From a virus (lineage: Duplodnaviria > Caudoviricetes): a DNA stretch of 53,653 nt. The notes under the pieces were generated by a model that ran no database searches, was not told the DNA's origin, and saw only the letters and a program-made list of their open reading frames with translations. Below are positions 1-9,700 of the stretch, in pieces. The stretch is from the IMG/VR virus record IMGVR_UViG_3300009503_000040, positions 1-53,653 of that record. One strand, 5' to 3'. Position 1 is the first letter of the stretch. Every line of letters starts with the position of its first letter. The translations under genes and the position numbers were made by a program.

Positions 1-31
1 GAATTTCGTATAGAGGAGATAAAAATGACAT

Positions 32-123
32 TTTAAACTAAAAAAGCCTTGTAACTTCTTTAATTACAAGGCTTTAGTTAGCGGGGCCGACGAGACTCGA
101 ACTCGCGACCTCCTGCGTGACAG
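32..123. repeat. att site (left copy): displaced 3' half of tRNA-Asp (82-123, minus strand) plus downstream hairpin
   Basis: Identical to 53531-53622; identity stops at the anticodon loop (GTGACAG). Confidence 0.95.
43..75 (-). terminator. Hairpin downstream of the tRNA 3' end (also at 53542-53574)
   Basis: AAAGCCTTGTAA-N9-TTACAAGGCTTT inverted repeat followed by a T-run on the minus strand. Confidence 0.7.
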
Positions 124-204
124 TAAGCAAAAACTCGATTTTTAACCAATTTTCAAACTTTTTGAATCCAAAAAACATTTATTTTATATATGATTTTATA
201 AAAA

Positions 205-223
205 GTGTTATAATAGTGTTATA
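205..223. promoter_or_regulatory. Putative integrase arm-type sites (GTGTTATA x2)
   Basis: GTGTTATA at 205-212 and 216-223; the same pair occurs at 53490-53497 and 53502-53509 inside the other end. Confidence 0.6.
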
Positions 224-229
224 GAATCT

Positions 230-607
230 TTAAAATACCCCTACCCAAAATTCAGAATTTGGTTTAAACTTTGAAACATCGTTAACCCAGTTTATTAGTA
301 AACTAAGCTCTTTCTCGAGTATTGAATCAGTAATATTATTCTTTTTCCAAGAATCCCATATATATATTAAAGCTTCCGTAAATATTGTTGGAGGATATAT
401 TCTTTCATTCTCAAGAATATTTATTAATGGATTCCCTATATCATCCTCATACCCTGACCATTTAATAGAACCATTCTCATCAATAAAACATCTTGCCTTT
501 TTAGTATCAATTTTTATAATAATCTCCTTATCGCTAAAATTAAATTGACAAGAAATTTCACATCCTGATCTTGGACTATAAATTTTTTGTGTGATAATCT
601 TATCCAT
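230..607 (-). CDS. Hypothetical protein (att-proximal accessory gene)
   Basis: 125-aa ORF with upstream GAGGGG RBS, in an AT-rich context. Confidence 0.7.
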   Translation of the reverse strand: MDKIITQKIYSPRSGCEISCQFNFSDKEIIIKIDTKKARCFIDENGSIKWSGYEDDIGNPLINILENERIYPPTIFTEALIYIWDSWKKNNITDSILEKELSLLINWVNDVSKFKPNSEFWVGVF

Positions 608-736
608 ATTCCCCTCTATTATTTTTTTATAATTATTAAAAAGAATATTTCAGATTACCCTCAACATGGAATTTATTTATTAAATTTATTCTTAATTTAA
701 TATTCGTAAATTTATTTATCAAGAAAATATTTTTAA

Positions 737-3700
737 TCATCTCCCAAGCCCCGGTCTTTCATTGACTCGTCCTCTCCCTGGGGGTATCATTTTAATTTGA
801 TTTTTTCTTTCCTGCTTGGGTGAAATTATATCTGTTATTTTATTGCTCAATACTCTTCCTGTAACTCTGTCTACCAATCCTAATCCCGGAACAATATTCA
901 ATCCATAATTTGTTATACTTCTTACAATTCCTCGCTCATTAAATATAGAATAATTACCATAAGGAAATATTTCAACTTTAGGTATCAAAGGTGTAATCAT
1001 CAAATTTGCTGGATTAAGTCCATAAGCAGGCAATGGCATCGAATCAAAAATAGATTTGAAAGCAAGTTCCGTAATCAATGCTCTCTTTTGCTTTTCTGTT
1101 AATCTTCCGCTCTTAAGCAAATCCTGCATTCTTTTTTCTTCGTCATCACCGTTTATAATTTGCTTAAACATTCTGTCCATTATATCATATAAAAATTGGA
1201 ATAATGTGCTTATCATTAACATCTTTGCATAATATTTACTCCAATGATAAATAATCTCAGATTTATTTTTTATCGGTTCTAATTTTTCTATTGTCTTATT
1301 TAATATTTTTTCTTGCTGCTTCAGCCAGTCTCTCATCTCCTCTATAGTTCCTATTTCATAATCTTTATAATCTTTTTTATTCTTGATTTTATCAATCATA
1401 ATATCCATTGCTTTTCTAAAATATTCTACTGCTCTTAGAGCTTCTACAGTCTTAACATCTTCACTTAATCCCCTTCTTAAAATTCTTTGTGCTCTTAAAC
1501 CTTCTGCTCCTTCCAAACTTTTGAATAAAGTTTGTGATAAATGTTCCAGGTGTGTTATCGGGAATCTTCTAAACATCAAGAAAAATCTTACAATCTCTTT
1601 ATCAAATAATGATGGTCTGTATGCTGCAGTTGGACTTATTTGTGAATTAGCTGCCAAATCCATTCCATTTCTTACAGCCATATCAAACATTTTTTTATCT
1701 TCAAGAACCTTATTAATTGCTTCTATTTCACCCATCCCTTTATTAATCAAATCTTTATATGCTTTTTGTTTTGTCACATAATCAATTATTCCTCCAAGTT
1801 CTGCATATCTCCAATTTGTCATTTCGGCTAAATGAAATGGTTCATAATTTTTAATCCTTTCATTTATTTTTAAGATTTTGCTTCTGTTTGCTTCTTCAGC
1901 AGTTAATTCCAGAAATCTCGGTGTTTCTTGTGATGCTTCATGAATTGCATTTAATAAGTTTCCTGTAGGAGTTTTCAATTTATAAAATATTTTATCAGTT
2001 AATTTTACTGCTTCATTTGTCATATACAATCTTGCAAAATCTTTTTGTGTATAATTTTGGACCGCATTCTTAAGTGAGAATGTAAGAAAATTCATATACT
2101 CAGCACTTCTAATTCCTCTAAAAAATTTTGCTGCTAAATTTTTCGATGGCAGTTCTGGATTAAGATTTGACCTCATAAATTCAATTGCTGTGCTGAATCC
2201 CTGCTTCCTAAGCAATTCTGGTATATCTTTCTTAAAATCAGTATAATAATAATTAACTGCATCTTTGTATGCCAACGCCTTAGCAACAGAAAAAATATAA
2301 TTCTGTGTTACACTTAATAAATCTCGTTTAATATCTTCTATATCAAATTCTCTCGGCTTTAAATATCGGCTGTCCGCATAAATAAAATTATTCAATCCTC
2401 TAACATCAGTTTTAATTATGTCCTTTGGGTCACTGACTATTTCATCTATAATAAATCCATCACGAATAATATGCGGGAAATAATCTGTTCTTACAGGATA
2501 ACCAGCTTTTTTAATTTCAGCATATAAACCATCATTCATATCCTTATCACCATAAATCATTTTATACAATTCATATAATTTAATCTCATCATCAGTTTCA
2601 AGATATTCTTTGTAATTTGCTCTGTCTTCAAGTGCATTTATAATTTTATCCTCAATCTCTTTTATTCTTTGTTCGCCGTATTCTTCACTACGGATATCAT
2701 CATAAATATCTTTTATTTTATTTACTATCTGGAAATATTTATCAACTAACTGCCCCTGAATAACATTCCCTTTTGCCATTCTCTGTGCAAGTTCAGCTCC
2801 TGCAGCTCCATATTTCAAAGTCATAATCTTTACTTTTTCGCCGAAATATGTTAGTCTTTTAATTTTTGTATGCTTTCCTATCCTGTTCTTAGGATTATTA
2901 ATAATTTCTTCTGCTGTCTGTAGTATTTTTTCTTGAGTCTCTGCTGGGATATTTTTATTAATTAAATATTTTTCTATTTCCTTTTTAATTTCTTCTGCTT
3001 TTTTATCTGTAATATCTGTTTTCGGTTCAACAAAAGTTCCAGTTTCCTCTTTGCTTTTTTCATATTCTCTAAGTTTTGCTTTTATAACTTCTCTATACAA
3101 TTTTAAAATATCATCAGGACTTATATTCCCTGCTTTTTCTTTAATCTTCTCTGAAAAATCTGTATATCTTCTAAATCCCTCATCATATATTTCTGATGCC
3201 TCAGGCAAATACTTTTTATAAGCTTCTTTTGTGTTTTCATATTTATTCTTTTGTTTTGCTTCTGCTGTTTTCCAATTTCCTTCTTGTCCAGTAAAATCTT
3301 TATGCCTTTTATTCCAAGCATATATTATTTCTTCTTTATCCCATGCAGGCAGTTCATCAATTTCTGCCTCGTGTTTTTTCTTCCAGTTTTTTAATTCAAA
3401 TATATTTTTAATTTTTTCAATTCTGTTCAGATAATATTCTAAGTCCTTCGGATAAAGTTCACCCTGTATTTCACTTATTTTTTGCCTTAGTTTATCGTTG
3501 ACAAAATCTTCTTCTGTTAATATCTTTGTGTGTCCAGATTTGGTTACTTCTTTGGGCAATTGGAGCCCTCTGGATTGTAACCAAATCTGGCTTTTATTTT
3601 TATTATAATAACGCAATAAACCTTTCTCAATCCACTCAATAAATGTTTTATCTCTCTCCTTACTATAAACACTCGCTATTTTATTAACAATATGATTTTG

Positions 3701-6700
3701 CTCTTGCCTGCTTAAGTGAATTGCTGCAATCACACTTCCTTTCTCTCCTCTTAATTCAGTCATAATAACGTAACTGTTAGGCATTGTAGCTGATTTAAAT
3801 ATCATTATAGGATCATGTAATTCTTTTGGCAAATCTTTTATTAAATCTAAGGTTAAATTGTCTTTAGTGATAGCTTTATTAATAACTTCTTTTGTAATTG
3901 TTATTGGCAGTTGTTTTGCCCCTAATTTAACAAGAATTAATGGTGTATTGGTTATAATTACAGGTTGCGTTGTTTTACCATTTAATAAATCATCAACTTT
4001 TTTATTAAAATTGCTTTGTGCTAAAGAAACCTCAGTATTTATTTCCTCTTTGGTAAATGTTGATTCTGTTTTGCTTATCTTTTTTATTTTTCCTGAAGCA
4101 AGACTATAGAAATATCCTGCCTCAAATGAAAATCCCAACTTATTTAAATAATATGCAATCTTTGACCACAGTTCTCTTAATAATTGAAATAATCTTTCTA
4201 ATCTTGTTCTCGGTTCTGAAGGATTTTTTTCCTGTTGTTCACGCCATTCAATATATTTTTTTGCAAGTCTTTCATGCGCTTCTTTCAACGAAGGATTATT
4301 AGCTACATCCCAAATTTCTCCTTTGCCATTCCATCCATTTTCACGCAATAAATTTCTTGCTAAGTGAGGTTTTGCAAGTGTTATAATCGACGCATGAAAA
4401 CTTTCTTCCCACGCTGTTGTTATATCAGCTTTTTCTGGGTCGAATATTATTGCTTTTTCTATTAAATCCGTTAAACCTTTTGCCTGCTCTTTTGATAAAT
4501 CTTTCTGGCCTATTAACCATTCAGAATTTATTCCCTTCCTAATCTCTTCAAGAAATTTCTTCTTTTCGCTGTCACTCATCTTTACATAAACTTTTTCCAA
4601 AGGAATGGATACCCGTCTTAATCCCTGTGCTGCTTCCCCTGTTTGCTCCAACTTGTTTTCATGTGCGGAAATAATCTCTTGCAATAATTTTCTTAAATTA
4701 GTATCTTTGATTGTAAATTTAGAAACGGCCTGTTGTGAAGATAGGTTGTTTAGCCTAACGATGTACAACAGGTCGTTTCTATTTATTTCAAGCGTTGAAT
4801 TATCATAATGCCATTTACCAGTATTATCTACTCCAACACTAATTTTAACTGTAAAATCTTTTCCATCAATTTTTACTGATTTAAGAAAATATTCAAACTT
4901 ATCATATCCTTTAATATTCTTTTCATTTTTTAACTCTCCAATATAAATAGCATCTCTTAATATTCCTGGTGTATTTTTATTTACAACCAGCTGCTCATAT
5001 CTGCCAACATGTGTAAATGGTTTTTTCTCACTTTCTCTGCCAATGAATATTTCTTTGCCCGTGTCTTTATTTATTACACTTTTAGGATGTATTTTTTTAT
5101 AATATTTTCTTACTGTATGGGTAATTTTAAGTCTGTTTTTTTCCCAATTATCTTTATTAATATCAAATCCTAATTCCTTCAAGTCATTGTTATATTCAAT
5201 CTCTTTATCATTAATTATCTTTTTATAAATCTCTGCTTTCCCCTCTTCTGTGTTTTTTTGAAATAAACTTTGTTGTTCTCCGCCAAATAACTCATACTGA
5301 ACATTTTTATTTTTTAGCTTCAATATTTTTTTATTGATTGTTTCAAGTTCAGTCTCTGCTTTTTGAATAGTCTCAAAATCATTTTTCTTTTTTGCTTCTT
5401 CAATAACATATTCAAGATGTCTTTTCCTGTCTTGCAATAATTGTATTTCACTTCTTCCCTCATCAAATATAGAATAGCTCTCTGTTGGTTCTGCGGTTAA
5501 CTCTATTTCTTCAATTGGTAAAGTTTTCCTGATTAAGACGGGATTGCTTGCTTCTTCTGGTTTGTTCTCAGGAATCCATTCTTTCGGAATTGGTAAGACT
5601 TTTTCTCTGTAATCTAATAATAAATTGCCGTCTTTTTTTCTATTCCTTACTGCTTCATTTAATTTATCTTTTAAATATGTATAACTCTTTATTAACTCAG
5701 GTTTTTCTTTTATTGCACGCCTGATAAAAACATTTACATTTTCAAATCTTTTTCTTTCAACAAAATTATTTAAAAAACTTGCTAATGCTCTTTGTATCTC
5801 TTCTTTCTGTGTGTATCGTTCTAATGTTAATAATTTCTCTCTGACAGGCAATTCATGATCAAATGAATTATAAGCCCTCAATAAAGCAATTTCAATTTCA
5901 TCTCTTGGACTATCTTTATATTCAATATACTTTTGATAAAGTATTTGTCCTGTTTTATTTATTTCTTGTCGGATTTCCTCTTCGCTAATTCTTCCAGCAG
6001 CTTTTGTCTTGCTTTCAATATCCTCAGCAAGTTTTTCGAGTTCTGCCGCATCTCCGCTGGTGATAATTTGTGTGGCGATTTCTTCATCTATTTCCCCTCT
6101 ATTAATTGATTTTTCTAATTGCTCAAATATATCAAATTGATTATTAATTATCTCGCTGATATTATTTTCTAATTTCTTTATTTCTTCTGTGTTCGCAAGA
6201 ATTTCTTTTTGAAATAAATTTTTTTGTTCTAATGGTGCACCTTTCGACAAAGCAGTTAATTCTCTGTTTCTCGCTCTCAATAAATCTATCTTCTTTTGAA
6301 TATCTCTTGTATCAGCTCTCGCTCTTGCACCTGTGCTTTCCAATTTGTCAAGTGCAAGTTTTTCATTAGGCTTAAATGTAATATCTGTTACTCTGTCTTC
6401 TACTTTATTAAAAAATTCCTCTTTGGTAATAAATGAATTTCTTAATTTATCCCTGTAGAAATAATCAAATAATTCCTGCTCATGTCCGTCTGTTATTTGT
6501 GGAAATTGCTTTCTTAATTCTCCTACCCAAGAAGCATTTCTTTCTAAATATGGATATGACTTCGCTGCTTCTGAATTTAATGCTCTTATAAATTCACCTT
6601 CCTCATTTAAATAAGATAAATTATCAAGCAGTTTTATTCTTGATTCTTTTTTGAATATATCTAATAACTTAGATTTTGAATAACCCTGTTGTTTTGCTCT

Positions 6701-9700
6701 CTTATATGCTTTAATATCAGATAATAAATTTTCTTGTGTCGACTTGCGGTTGCTTTCTATTATTGCATAATTAATTGCTTCTTCTTCTGTCCCCTCAAAA
6801 AATTTAACAGGTATTGTTTTTGCATTCCTTCTCTTCATTCCCTCTAAACGAGAATGTCCTGCCAATACATAAATATTATTATCCTTTGGGTCTTTCCATA
6901 CAATTATAGGGTCAAATGCTGCAGGGTTATAATTCTTTTCAATTGCTCTCGCTGTTTCTTCACTGTAAGATTCTGCTCTATTCTGAAACCTGCTTTCATC
7001 TGTTTTTATTTCTCTAATTGGAATTTCTTTTACTTCAGCAAATTTTGTCTCTTGAAATTTATTCTCAATTTCTTTTGCAGTTTCTTTATTAGCAACAGTT
7101 TCATTTATTGCTTTTTTAATCTCTGGTTCGATAACTTTTTTATTCTCAGCTTTTCCTTTTGGCTCGCCATATAACAGTTCAGCAACATTTTTTTCTGGGA
7201 ATCCATTCCTTTGGAATTTTTCTATTTTTTCTAATTTATCTAATGGTTCAATCCATTCTTCATTCCCTACTTTTACTATTGCAGTCGGAGTATCTTGAAA
7301 TTCTGTAATTTCAAGAACTTCACCTTCTGTAAATTTATCTGGGATATAGTGCCCCGAAACGTATCTTGCTCTTAATTTTACTCTATCTCCTATATTAATA
7401 TTAGGTTCTTTTTTCTCTGTCTTAGTCTGCAAATCGGGATTTTTCCAGTCCACCCCTTGTTTTTCTAATATTCTTCTCGCAGCTTGCGTTGATTCTAAAT
7501 CGGGGTGTCCGTTGGCAATATCAACAAGTTTTTCTATTCTCGTGGGAGGTCTTATTTCTCCTTTAGCAACCTTATCGGCATATTCTTTCCTTAATTCTTC
7601 TCTGCGCTGATTATTTCTCTGCATTTCCTCAGAAACTTTTTTAATGGCTTGTTGTTTTCCTCGACCTTCTTGTATATTCTTATGTAATGCTGGCTCTGCA
7701 CCTCCCATAAATGGAGCTTTATTCTTTGCTAAATAAGTTTCTTCATCGATTATTTCTAACGGTTTTACTTGCTCTTTCGGGTAACTAGGTGTTTCAGTTT
7801 TGATTTTTTGTAAATCTGGATAGTCTTTTAATACTTCCTCAGGGATTTTTTTACCTTCTTTTAATGCTTTCTCAACTACATCTCTGTGTGTAACTGGAGT
7901 ATTTAATCTATTAAGGTATGTTTCTAATTCTTGCTCTGAAAGTTTAATTTCACCTTTTGATGCCTTCTCTATTTTTTGCCTTGCTTCATCAGTAACTCCA
8001 TATAATAATTTTGTTAATTCTTTAATTCTTGCTAATTCTTCAGCTCCGCTTCGTTTCGTAAATTTTTCTTGCCTTGTCTCGGCACGCAATCTCTCTCTCT
8101 CATTATTCCATTCTTCCGCTGTCATTTCATAAGGTTTCTTCTCTTCTGTAGTTTTAGTTTCTTTTGGGATTGGTTTAGTTTTTTCTGTGCTTTGTTCTTC
8201 TGTCGCTGATTCTTCATCAATTTCAGTCTTTAGTTCTTTTTCCGAAGGAATGGATTCCCGGCTTTCAGCTTTAGGATAATATGAACTAATAAATTTCCCT
8301 TCTCTAAAATCACCGATGTCTAACTCTTCATTAATTGCTGCACTTGTTATATAATTTTCTGCAAATTCTTCTGCTTTTTCTTTATCCATTCCTTTCTTAA
8401 TTAAATCATCAGTTAAATATCTAAAAGCTATTGCTAATGGGTCTTTATGACTTCCTTCCCCCATTACAAATATTTTTTCTACTCCTTCGGGAAATTTTAT
8501 TTTTACTGCTTTCCCACTTTCTGCACCTATTACATTCTCTTTTAATCTTTCTTCTGCATTGATTAATTTTAATTTTTGTTCTGCAAGTCCATATAAATCT
8601 GAATCAACATCTGCACCAAGTAAATCTGCAGCTAATGTTCTTCTTGCAAAATCTTCTAACAATAATCCTTTTTCTAATTCTTTATCTTCTGCATTATTTA
8701 ATCTTGCCTTATTGTTAGGCAGTTTAAGATAATTATTGAATTCATTTTCAAAATCTTTACCTAATTTATTTTTTGCTTCTTTTATAACTTCTTGAACTGG
8801 CAAAGTAGTTAATATTTCTTTTGCTTTTTCTGCATCTTCTCTCTCACTTCTGGATAATCGTTCAATGGTCTCAGCGGGTGTCTTTTGTTGAATGTCCTGG
8901 CTGCTAATTCCTTTGCCTTCCTCGCTGGCAGTCCTTTCTTCAGATAATAATCCCTTATTGCTTCTTCCGAAGGAATGGATTCCCAGTATTCCTTCGGCAT
9001 TTTCACCTCCTATTCTTTTAATTTCCTCTTCTAATAACTTAGGATAGTTTTTTTGTAATTGTAATTCTTCTGAAGTAAATTTAGTTTTACCTTTTACAAT
9101 ATCTTCTGCTAACTTCCTTACATTCTTTATCTCATCTGATTCTAATAATCCTTTTACTCCTGTGGTCTTTTCTATTGGAATTTGTTCTTTTTCTCTTATT
9201 TTGGGTATCCATTCCTTCGGAACTGGTTTTTCTCCAAAAAATAATTCTCCTGAAGTTGGTGCTAATTTTTCTAATTTGCTTTGTATAATAGCTTCTTCTT
9301 CTGGAGTTCTACCCTTTAAATTCTTTGATGATTCAATAACTTTTTCTGCAGTTTTTGATAATGGAATTCTTTCTGATGGAATAATAGGCAAGCCTTGATA
9401 TGGTGTCACTAAGGTTTTATTCTTAAATGCTTCTTCGAGTCCTTCATTAATTTTCTTTTCAAGCGTTTTATCTAACTTTATCTTAGCTCCCTTAATTCCT
9501 AAAATAGTCCCAAAGAATAATCCATTTTCAACTAACTCTTTTGCTATTTCTCTATCAGTCGGATTTAATGAATCAAATGCCCCGGCTTTTTGAAGTTCTT
9601 CTGTCCCTTTAGATGAAAGCAATGAACCAATACCTACACCAGGACCAAAAGCAAAAGGTACTATTATATTTGTTATCTCTTCTCCTTTTTTTCTGTCATA

